Shown here piece after piece: positions 38,993 to 46,883 of a DNA stretch of 58,531 bases. Within the stretch, counting starts at the first letter, position 1; every line of letters starts with the position of its first letter. The translations under genes and the position numbers were made by a program. Source of the DNA: a virus. Taxonomy: Duplodnaviria; Caudoviricetes. The notes under the pieces are model-generated. The model was not told the origin of the DNA. It worked only from the letters and a program-made list of their open reading frames with translations, and ran no database searches. The DNA lies in the IMG/VR virus record IMGVR_UViG_3300032297_000473, positions 1 to 58,531 of that record; one strand, 5' to 3'.

Positions 38993-39731
38993 TGGTAACA
39001 ATGTTCATGAACCAGAACGTTTACGATATTGTGGTGAGTCTAAATCAAAAGTAATGCTTAAATGTGTAAAATCATTACTGGCATCTGTATCAACATTGCG
39101 TAATATCTGTTATAATGTAGTATGGATTGATGATCATTCAAAAGAAAGTAGTTTATCAGAAATAAAATCATATTTTTATGATTACAATATAACTTATGAA
39201 TTAGTTAATCTAGAAAAATTTGGTAATAATGCAAGTATGGTAAAACAACTTGAAATTGCTAAACAATCTACATCTGATTTAGTGTATTTAGTAGAAGATG
39301 ATTATTTGCATTGTAAGAGTGCAGTACCAGAAATGGTTGATTCATATATAGAGTTTAAAAATAATTTAGATTCTGAAGTTGCAATACATCCATTTGATGA
39401 TCCAGATAATTACAAACCTAATTTTATTGAGCTTACACGAATTGTATTGGGGCAAAACAGACATTGGCGATTGAATTGTTATTCTACATTTACATTCATG
39501 TGCAACCCTGATATAATAAGAGAAAATTGGGATTCTTTTTATAAAATGGCATATTTATACATGACTCCTTTTGGAAATGCGTATAACATACACGAAGGAA
39601 CTACTATCAACAAAATATGGAGAGAGAATGTATATTTATTTACACCTATTCCTTCAGTAGCGTTACATATGCAATTTGATGAACAAAAGGATAAGTATAT
39701 AAATTGGAAAAAATGGTGGGAGGAAAATTAA
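38961..39731 (+). CDS. GT-A fold (GT2-like) glycosyltransferase
   Basis: WIDDHS, GNNAS, YLVEDDYLH (DxD-type). Confidence 0.7.
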   Translation: MNLTIILRTHDGNNVHEPERLRYCGESKSKVMLKCVKSLLASVSTLRNICYNVVWIDDHSKESSLSEIKSYFYDYNITYELVNLEKFGNNASMVKQLEIAKQSTSDLVYLVEDDYLHCKSAVPEMVDSYIEFKNNLDSEVAIHPFDDPDNYKPNFIELTRIVLGQNRHWRLNCYSTFTFMCNPDIIRENWDSFYKMAYLYMTPFGNAYNIHEGTTINKIWRENVYLFTPIPSVALHMQFDEQKDKYINWKKWWEEN

Positions 39732-39732
39732 A

Positions 39733-40287
39733 ATGTATACATTATTATATAATACAGCTACGCAAACGCCGGGACCGATTCGCAATGGTCGATATTTAGT
39801 AGATGGAAAACCCAGTATTCTTCCAGATGATATAGTAGAATTAGAAGTTGAAGAAGATATTATTCCTTCATACAACACAGCTACGCAAAAGTTAGAATGC
39901 TCAGATTATTTTGCTGATTTGAATGATAAAAAATGGAAAAGAACATACACTGTAGTTGATAAAACTCAACAAGAATTAGATGATGAAGCGGCAAATTTAT
40001 TAATTTTACAAAAAGAACAATTATATAATACATTGTTAAACGCAGGATATCAAATTCCAAACACAAACATTAAATTAGCAATAGGAGATACAGATAGAGT
40101 TGCTTGGAATCAACTATTAACATTACTAAATGAAATGTTAAATTTAAATACAATTAATTTAACAACGCCAATCGATATAGTTGATAAAGATGGTGTCGCA
40201 CATCAATTCACTGTTGAGCAAACAAAATCTATTTTGGCAGGACTTGGATATTACTATTATAGTATATGGCTACAGAAAAATACATAA
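39733..40287 (+). CDS. putative tail fibre assembly/chaperone protein
   Basis: PSYNTATQKL..WKRTYTV..QQE; D.DG..H.FT motif typical of fibre-assembly proteins. Confidence 0.5.
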   Translation: MYTLLYNTATQTPGPIRNGRYLVDGKPSILPDDIVELEVEEDIIPSYNTATQKLECSDYFADLNDKKWKRTYTVVDKTQQELDDEAANLLILQKEQLYNTLLNAGYQIPNTNIKLAIGDTDRVAWNQLLTLLNEMLNLNTINLTTPIDIVDKDGVAHQFTVEQTKSILAGLGYYYYSIWLQKNT

Positions 40288-40331
40288 AATAAAATAAAAA
40301 CTATTTTAGTTTCAAAACTATTATATAAGAT

Positions 40332-40601
40332 ATGAATTCAATTAAATTAGAAGAATCGGAGTTATTATCATTGCAAACTATTCAATCGCGTTATCAAGAA
40401 AAAGTGTTTCAATTTGGACAATTTTACTTGGAACGAATTGCACTTGATGAAAAAATTAAAAATCTTGCTGATGTTGAAAACAAAGCAAAGGAAGAATTTG
40501 CTGTAATTCAACAAGATGAACAAAAATGGATGAATGACATTGCTTCAAAATATGGAGATGGAAATCTTTCTTTGAAAGATGGTACATTTACTCCAAAGTA
40601 A
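40332..40601 (+). CDS. small coiled-coil protein
   Basis: 89 aa, C-term KYGDGNLSLKDGTF. Confidence 0.65.
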   Translation: MNSIKLEESELLSLQTIQSRYQEKVFQFGQFYLERIALDEKIKNLADVENKAKEEFAVIQQDEQKWMNDIASKYGDGNLSLKDGTFTPK

Positions 40602-40633
40602 TAAACATCTGTAGTAATAAATTTGTTATAATC

Positions 40634-40664
40634 AAAACCACATAACATATTATGTGGTTTTTTT
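40634..40664 (+). terminator. intrinsic terminator
   Basis: aaaaccacataa-cata-ttatgtggttttttt. Confidence 0.85.
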
Positions 40665-40700
40665 GTTTTTACAATTTACAATATGATATTTATTTAATAT

Positions 40701-40892
40701 ATGAATATTCACGAAATGTATGATGATAATAATCTAAATCATGTGGAAAGTGGTCCAGATTACGGTCAAACATACATGGGATCAAAAATGACTGTATTAG
40801 CATGGAATATTGAAAATTCCTTTGAATTTGAATATTATGATAATTTTACTTACAATCAAATTATTATAGAACCAATTATTTCAATTGACTAA
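40701..40892 (+). CDS. small acidic hypothetical protein
   Basis: 63 aa, TATTTAT at 40687-40693. Confidence 0.45.
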   Translation: MNIHEMYDDNNLNHVESGPDYGQTYMGSKMTVLAWNIENSFEFEYYDNFTYNQIIIEPIISID

Positions 40893-40979
40893 AATTAAAT
40901 GTTTATGTTATAGTGATGTACATATACTTATTATAGTGGGTGTGTCAAGTTTATTTACACACGATGAGTTTTTTTATTT

Positions 40980-41564
40980 ATGATCTATCTACAGGATATT
41001 TTAAAAGAAGTTACAGACGCTAATTTATTAGAGCAAGATTTGAGCCGTATCATATATGTTGATTTGGATGGTGTACTGGTAGATTTTGATCGTGGCTTCA
41101 AAGACATTTCAGACGGAATAGATAAATATGACTATGTTAAAAAGCATGGTGTTGATAAGTTGTGGAAATTAATCAATTCATACGGCCAAGAATGGTGGGA
41201 AAATTTAAATTGGATGCCTGATGGAACAAAACTTTGGTCGGCAATTTCAAACAAAAACGTAAAGGTGCTAACGAGCGGAAGTACTCGTAACACAGGAACA
41301 ATGGCTATCAATGGAAAAAAGAAATGGGTAGCAGATCATTTGGGACCGATTGAAACCATTGTCGTAAACAGTAGCCATGAAAAACAAAAATACGCACGTC
41401 CCGGTGATATTTTAATAGACGATTTATACAGCAACATTAGTGAATGGACTGTAAAAAATGGAATTGGTATTTTGCATCGCAATGCAGAAGAAACAATCAA
41501 TAAATTAAACGATGTTATAAATACTCAAAATGAAACCTACGGTTATAGTTGGTCAAACGTATGA
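40980..41564 (+). CDS. HAD-family 5'(3')-nucleotidase-like phosphatase with MIYLQDILKE leader
   Basis: YVDLDGVLVDF (motif I), VLTS, K..W, LIDD..N..W..G.GI.H. Confidence 0.85.
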   Translation: MIYLQDILKEVTDANLLEQDLSRIIYVDLDGVLVDFDRGFKDISDGIDKYDYVKKHGVDKLWKLINSYGQEWWENLNWMPDGTKLWSAISNKNVKVLTSGSTRNTGTMAINGKKKWVADHLGPIETIVVNSSHEKQKYARPGDILIDDLYSNISEWTVKNGIGILHRNAEETINKLNDVINTQNETYGYSWSNV

Positions 41565-42265
41565 AAATAAGAATTTATAACAACACTCTGAATCCTGATC
41601 TTTGGCAAGACAGCAACACATTGAAGCCAGAAATCAGAGAAGCTTTATTAAAAATCGCACAAGATTTTTATAAAGAAACGGAATTGGAAGCTCCAATCGA
41701 AGATGTTTATATGTTGGGTAGTAGTGCCAATTATAATTGGAGTCCTACTAGTGACATTGATTTGCATGTTGTTATTGATTTTAAAAAAATCAACAGTGAT
41801 GTTGATTTAACTAAGCAATTGGTAGATGCACTCAAATCTAATTGGAACAAAAATCATAATGTTACAATAAAAGGTCGTAAAGTTGAGGTGTATATTCAAG
41901 ATGTTAATGAAAAGAATAGATCTACTGGTGTGTATAGCGTATTGAACAACAAATGGGTGTTGATGCCACAAAAAATTAGAGTGGTATTAGATAACAAATT
42001 GATTCAACAAAAATATACAAACATGGTATTGCAAATTAAAGAGGCAATACAAGAACAAAATTTAGATAAACTTAAAAACGTATTAAAAATGTTATACAAT
42101 ATGAGAGAAGCAGGATTGAGCAAAACTGGAGAATATAGTGCAGAAAATATTGTATTTAAAACACTAAGAAGCAGAGGATTTATAGATCAATTGAAAAATA
42201 CAGTAAATAAATTGTATGATTCTCAAGTTTCAGTCAAGCAAGAAGATATAAAAAATAATAAATAA
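41561..42265 (+). CDS. Pol-beta superfamily nucleotidyltransferase
   Basis: LGSSANYNWS.TSDIDLHV (hGS..DxD), VEVYIQD; ATG 41561 overlaps upstream stop (ATGA). Confidence 0.8.
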   Translation: MKIRIYNNTLNPDLWQDSNTLKPEIREALLKIAQDFYKETELEAPIEDVYMLGSSANYNWSPTSDIDLHVVIDFKKINSDVDLTKQLVDALKSNWNKNHNVTIKGRKVEVYIQDVNEKNRSTGVYSVLNNKWVLMPQKIRVVLDNKLIQQKYTNMVLQIKEAIQEQNLDKLKNVLKMLYNMREAGLSKTGEYSAENIVFKTLRSRGFIDQLKNTVNKLYDSQVSVKQEDIKNNK

Positions 42266-42332
42266 TTTGTAAAAAAGCATTTTTTTAAATATTTATACAT
42301 ATAGAACAATAGAATAATAAGGACAACATACT

Positions 42333-42824
42333 ATGGCAGATCTACTTAATTCAAACGAAATCTTTTTCACAAGTTTTGAACCAAAAGTCAAAAATCGCTT
42401 TATCCTTTATATGGATGGCATTCCTAGCTTTTTGATTTATAAATTTAAACGTCCAACAGTAAAGAGCGAAAAGAAAGTATTGGACCACATCAACATTCAA
42501 CGTTATTACAAGGGTAAAACCACTTGGGATGACGTTACTATGGAATTGTATGATGCTATTGTACCAAGTGGTGCCCAAGCCGTAATGGAATGGGTACGTT
42601 TATCACACGAATCTGTAACAGGTCGTGATGGTTATGCAGATTTCTATAAAAAAGATTTAACAGTTAACGTATTGGGACCAGTTGGCGATAAAGTCGAAGA
42701 ATGGAAATTAGTTGGTGCGTTCATCACAAATGCTGATTTTGGTGAATTAGACTGGAAAGATAGCGGCGAACATTTGAGCGTCAATCTTACGCTTTCTGTA
42801 GATTATTGCGTTCTTCAATACTAA
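42333..42824 (+). CDS. gp19: tail tube protein (T4 gp19-like)
   Basis: FEPK..NRF, KGK..W..VT.ELYD, GD.VEEW.L.GAF, FG.LDW; AAGGA SD; TATTTAT at 42290-42296. Confidence 0.9.
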   Translation: MADLLNSNEIFFTSFEPKVKNRFILYMDGIPSFLIYKFKRPTVKSEKKVLDHINIQRYYKGKTTWDDVTMELYDAIVPSGAQAVMEWVRLSHESVTGRDGYADFYKKDLTVNVLGPVGDKVEEWKLVGAFITNADFGELDWKDSGEHLSVNLTLSVDYCVLQY

Positions 42825-42850
42825 TTTACTGCTGTTCTTTGTTCTATTGG

Positions 42851-42882
42851 AAATCCTCTTGACAAAATCAAGAGGATTTTTT
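42851..42882 (+). terminator. intrinsic terminator
   Basis: aaatcctcttga-caaaa-tcaagaggatttttt. Confidence 0.9.
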
Positions 42883-42904
42883 GTTTTGTACTATTTATTA
42901 TTAT

Positions 42905-43234
42905 ATGAAAATAACCCGCAATTATTTAAAATCTATAATTCAAGAATGCTTGAATGAAATTTTATCGGAGCAAGATATAACAAATCCAGTGGCATCCGAT
43001 CCTAAAGTTCAGATTGCTGTAAAAAATAAAGCGGTAGCAGATAGAAAAGTTGCTGACGCTGAAATAACTGCCTTAAACTTACAAATTAGAAACGCATCAA
43101 ATCAAGAACGTCAAGCGAATGATCCTAAAGAAAAAGAAGCATTACGAGATAAAACCCAAAACTTTAAAGATCAATTAGCTGCTGCTAAATTGCGTAAAAC
43201 AACTGCAAACAAAATGCAAACGGCTGCAAAATAA
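42905..43234 (+). CDS. coiled-coil protein with MKITRNYLKSIIQECLNEILSE leader
   Basis: ATG 42905 follows TATTTAT 42892-42898. Confidence 0.65.
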   Translation: MKITRNYLKSIIQECLNEILSEQDITNPVASDPKVQIAVKNKAVADRKVADAEITALNLQIRNASNQERQANDPKEKEALRDKTQNFKDQLAAAKLRKTTANKMQTAAK

Positions 43235-43281
43235 AATATCTAAAAATTTAAAGTATCGTATATGTATTGTTATAAAATGTT

Positions 43282-44118
43282 ATGAGTGACGAAATTATTC
43301 CAATTACAAGACCATCTAGCGCAGGACCAACGCCACAAGCACCTGTAGCTAAAACTGAAACCAAATATCCTACTGAAATTGTAGAATTGCCAAGCAAAGG
43401 TTATTTTTATTCGCCTGATGATCCACTTAGTAAGGGATCTGTTGAATTGAAAATGATGACGGCAAAAGAAGAAGATATTCTTACCAATGAGTCTTTTTTC
43501 AAAAAAGGAATTGTATTAGATAAGTTATTAGAATCTTTAATTATTGATAAAAGTATTAAAATTGATAATTTTCTTACAGGTGATAAAAATGCATTGTTTA
43601 TTGCTGCTCGTCGTTTGGCATATGGTGATAGTTACGGTCCAATCGAAGTAACATGCAATGCATGTAGAGAAAAGAATGATGTTACAATTGATTTGAGTGA
43701 AATCAAAACAAAAGAATATGATTTCAGTAACAAACAAAAAGGTGTCAATTTTTTTGAATTTGTTCTTCCTTATTCAAAACATGTATTGAAAGTAAAAATT
43801 CTTAGTAACAAAGACGATACTGAAATTGAAAACGAATTGAAGGGACTTGCAAAAATTGGAAAAACTAGTAGCGAAGTAACTACTCGTTTAAAACACATCA
43901 TTGTTTCTGTTAATGGAAACAATGATAAAGCATACATTCGTCAATTTGTTGACAGTGAGTTGTTATCAAGAGATAGTATAGAACTTCGTAAATTCATTCG
44001 ATCTATGTCCCCTGATATCGATTTGAATTTCAATTTTGTATGTGAACATTGTCAGGCTGAAGAAAGAGTAGGTGTACCAATGACGGTACAATTTTTTTGG
44101 CCTGAATCTGGATTATAA
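43282..44118 (+). CDS. tail assembly chaperone / baseplate hub assembly protein (T4 gp26-like)
   Basis: ELPSKG..Y, MTAKEEDIL, GD.NA.FIAAR..AYG, two CxxC, ends FFWP; between tube and tape measure. Confidence 0.75.
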   Translation: MSDEIIPITRPSSAGPTPQAPVAKTETKYPTEIVELPSKGYFYSPDDPLSKGSVELKMMTAKEEDILTNESFFKKGIVLDKLLESLIIDKSIKIDNFLTGDKNALFIAARRLAYGDSYGPIEVTCNACREKNDVTIDLSEIKTKEYDFSNKQKGVNFFEFVLPYSKHVLKVKILSNKDDTEIENELKGLAKIGKTSSEVTTRLKHIIVSVNGNNDKAYIRQFVDSELLSRDSIELRKFIRSMSPDIDLNFNFVCEHCQAEERVGVPMTVQFFWPESGL

Positions 44119-44320
44119 ACTTTATATTCACAAACAATTGTTTGAGTTAGCATATTATGGTCATCTTTGTGACTTGACCACAGGATATCATTTACCTGTA
44201 TATCTTCGCAATTATTATTATAAATTGCTTGTTGATGCCAAAACAAAAGAGGCAGAGTCTTATGAAAACAAAGGCGAGCCTCCACAAAAGATCGCCAAGC
44301 CGAATATTAATAGTCGTTAA
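44092..44320 (+). CDS. frameshifted C-terminal extension of the tail chaperone (G-T-like)
   Basis: T7 run at 44092-44098; +1 frame open from 44084 reads FFGLNLDYKLYIHKQLFELAYYG..; no ATG in that frame. Confidence 0.7.
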
Positions 44321-44372
44321 TTTTGTAAAAACAAACTTAATGCCATATTTATATCTATATAATCATTAATTT

Positions 44373-46871
44373 ATGGCAGATCCAAAAACAACACCTGAAG
44401 CTATTGCAGAAGCCTTGCGTTTGCAAGAAAAACAAGCTTTAGCTGCAAAGCAAACTGTTGATCAGTTAAAAGAGCAACGTGATATTCAACGTGAAATCGC
44501 AATTGCTGCAAAAGCAACTGGTATTCCATATGATCATATAACAGATAATATTGGTCATAGTTTAAGAGAAATGGGTTTGTTTGCAAATCTGCAAGAAAAA
44601 TTAAATGTTAGAACTCAACAACGACAAAAGTTTGAAAATGAGTTGCGTAGCACTTTATTAGATCACAATAAGAATACAACTAATTTGGTTGATAAAAATA
44701 TCAAAAATTTAGCTGCTGAAAAAAATCTAAAGGAAGTAACAAAAGCTCATAATGAAGCAATAGCAAGCGGATCTAAATCACTTCAAAGAAAATTAGAAAG
44801 AGAATTAAATGCTGCTGCAAAGAAAGCACTTGCTGCCAAAAACGAACAAATAGTTGCTAATGCAATTTATCAAACTTCATTGAATCAGGTTAGAGAACAA
44901 GAAAAACTAGTTGACATTGAACAGGAATATATTGAAAAATTAAAAAATCAAAATAAACTCGCATCTATTGCATCTGGTGTTTTAGATCAAATGGGTGAGT
45001 TGGGTGAACATATTAAAAATAAAAGTTTAAATTGGACAGACGTATTAAAAAAAGGTGTAACTAACTTTTTGGAATATGACAAAGTAGCTTTTTCATTGCG
45101 TAAAAGTATGGGCTTATTGAGAGGTGATTTTGATATTTTACAAAAAAATGTAAAAGACTTAGGAATTGAATTACAAAATTTGGGCATTTCATTTGAACAA
45201 GTTGCCGCATCTACAACTGCTATTGCAAACGAATTCAGTATGTTTGTTGCATCTAGTAAAGATTTAGTTACGAATGTAAGTGTAATGGCAGCGCAATTTG
45301 GTATTGCAGAAACAGATTCGGTAAAATTCCTAAAAACAATGTCTTCAGTTGCAGGTACTACAATTCAAGCACAAGAAGGAATGATGGGATTTGCAAAAGA
45401 GCTATCAAATGCAGCAGGAGTGCCAATGCCATTTGTAATGAAAGATGTTGCTGAAGCTGGAGATGACGTTCGTATTTTTACAGGACGTAGCGCAGAAAAT
45501 TTAATAAAAGGAGCAGTTCAAGCACGTTTAATGGGTACAACGATGCAAAATATGGCAAATACTGCTAAAAAGTTATTGGATTTTCAAACAAGTATTGCCG
45601 ACGAAATGGAAGCAAGTGTTTTGCTTGGTAAAGATATCAATTTTGAACAGGCACGTAATTTAGCATATCGTAAAGATTTCGTTGCTGCAAATCAAGAAAT
45701 ATTGCGTATTGCAAAACAAGTAAATTTTGACGGAATGGACCCATATCAAGCTGAAGCATTCGCAAAAGCAAGCGGCAAAAGTTTACAGGAATTGCAAGAA
45801 ATGTTGCAAGCAGATCAACAAATTGAATCTGTTCGCAAAGGAACAAACGAACAATTAAAAGCACAATTAGAAAAATTTGATCAATTAAAACGAGCACGTA
45901 AAGAAGAAATTCAAGATGTTGGAAAAATTGCAGAAGCAAACGCTCGAAATAAAATGAATCAAGAAAAGATAAATATTTTATCTAATGAATTTAACAAGTT
46001 GATGAGTAAATTATCAAAACCAGTAACAGATGTAATTGAACGTTTGACTGACAACTTATTAGATATTGGTATCAAATATTTACCAATGATCAACGAAGGT
46101 ATTACAAATTTAGCACCCGCATTTGGTCTTTTTTGGTCAGTTGGAAAAAACATTTTTATCGGATTGACGAATGGATTTGGTCTTTTACAAAAAATTGGTG
46201 ATTTTTTTGGAAAATTAACACTTTCTGCAAGACCATTTATCAAAACAATTGGTAGTATTGGAAAATTTGGAGTTTCCATATTTAAAATATTTGGATCCAC
46301 CCTGCGTATTTTTGGACGATTTTTAGGACCAGTCGGAGTTATTATAAATTTATTTACATTTATAGGTAAATTAATGGATCGTTGGAATGAAACCCCAAAG
46401 GGAATTTTGGGTGGTTTAAAAGCAATTGGATTAGCTTTATTGGATACTATTATTGAACCATTTAAAATAGCATATGAGTGGGTATCATCAATATTTGTAG
46501 GCAAATCTCCATCTCAACTTGGTCTTGGTATTTTAGAAGGTATTAAATCTGTTGGCGGAATGTTATTGGATGCATTGACATTACCATTTAGAACAGCATT
46601 TAATTTTGTTAGTGGTTTATTTGGTGGTCCAAAGCTACCAAAGATGTCAGAAGTTGTATTTGGTAGCAAAGAAGAAGCAGGCGGAGGCACTGCAAAAGGA
46701 TCTGATATTGGTACAATCATTGCGGAAGGAAACAAACAAGTTGTAGCAAAACTAGATGAGTTAATTACATTAATGTCAAATGGTGGTATTGCTGTAAACA
46801 TTGATGGAACAAAAGCAAGTATGTTATTAGCAAAAGCACAAAAAGAACGTGGTGCATTTGGAGCAATTTAA
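44373..46871 (+). CDS. tape measure protein
   Basis: 832 aa helical, Ala/Lys-rich then amphipathic G/F/I-rich C-term; follows chaperone. Confidence 0.85.
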   Translation: MADPKTTPEAIAEALRLQEKQALAAKQTVDQLKEQRDIQREIAIAAKATGIPYDHITDNIGHSLREMGLFANLQEKLNVRTQQRQKFENELRSTLLDHNKNTTNLVDKNIKNLAAEKNLKEVTKAHNEAIASGSKSLQRKLERELNAAAKKALAAKNEQIVANAIYQTSLNQVREQEKLVDIEQEYIEKLKNQNKLASIASGVLDQMGELGEHIKNKSLNWTDVLKKGVTNFLEYDKVAFSLRKSMGLLRGDFDILQKNVKDLGIELQNLGISFEQVAASTTAIANEFSMFVASSKDLVTNVSVMAAQFGIAETDSVKFLKTMSSVAGTTIQAQEGMMGFAKELSNAAGVPMPFVMKDVAEAGDDVRIFTGRSAENLIKGAVQARLMGTTMQNMANTAKKLLDFQTSIADEMEASVLLGKDINFEQARNLAYRKDFVAANQEILRIAKQVNFDGMDPYQAEAFAKASGKSLQELQEMLQADQQIESVRKGTNEQLKAQLEKFDQLKRARKEEIQDVGKIAEANARNKMNQEKINILSNEFNKLMSKLSKPVTDVIERLTDNLLDIGIKYLPMINEGITNLAPAFGLFWSVGKNIFIGLTNGFGLLQKIGDFFGKLTLSARPFIKTIGSIGKFGVSIFKIFGSTLRIFGRFLGPVGVIINLFTFIGKLMDRWNETPKGILGGLKAIGLALLDTIIEPFKIAYEWVSSIFVGKSPSQLGLGILEGIKSVGGMLLDALTLPFRTAFNFVSGLFGGPKLPKMSEVVFGSKEEAGGGTAKGSDIGTIIAEGNKQVVAKLDELITLMSNGGIAVNIDGTKASMLLAKAQKERGAFGAI

Positions 46872-46883
46872 TATTTATTATAT

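Noticed and set aside
40893-40979. tRNA/ncRNA or reverse sigma70 promoter in this gap
   Set aside because: Only a weak tgtgt/acaca stem, no cloverleaf; minus-strand TTGACA lacks a properly spaced -10
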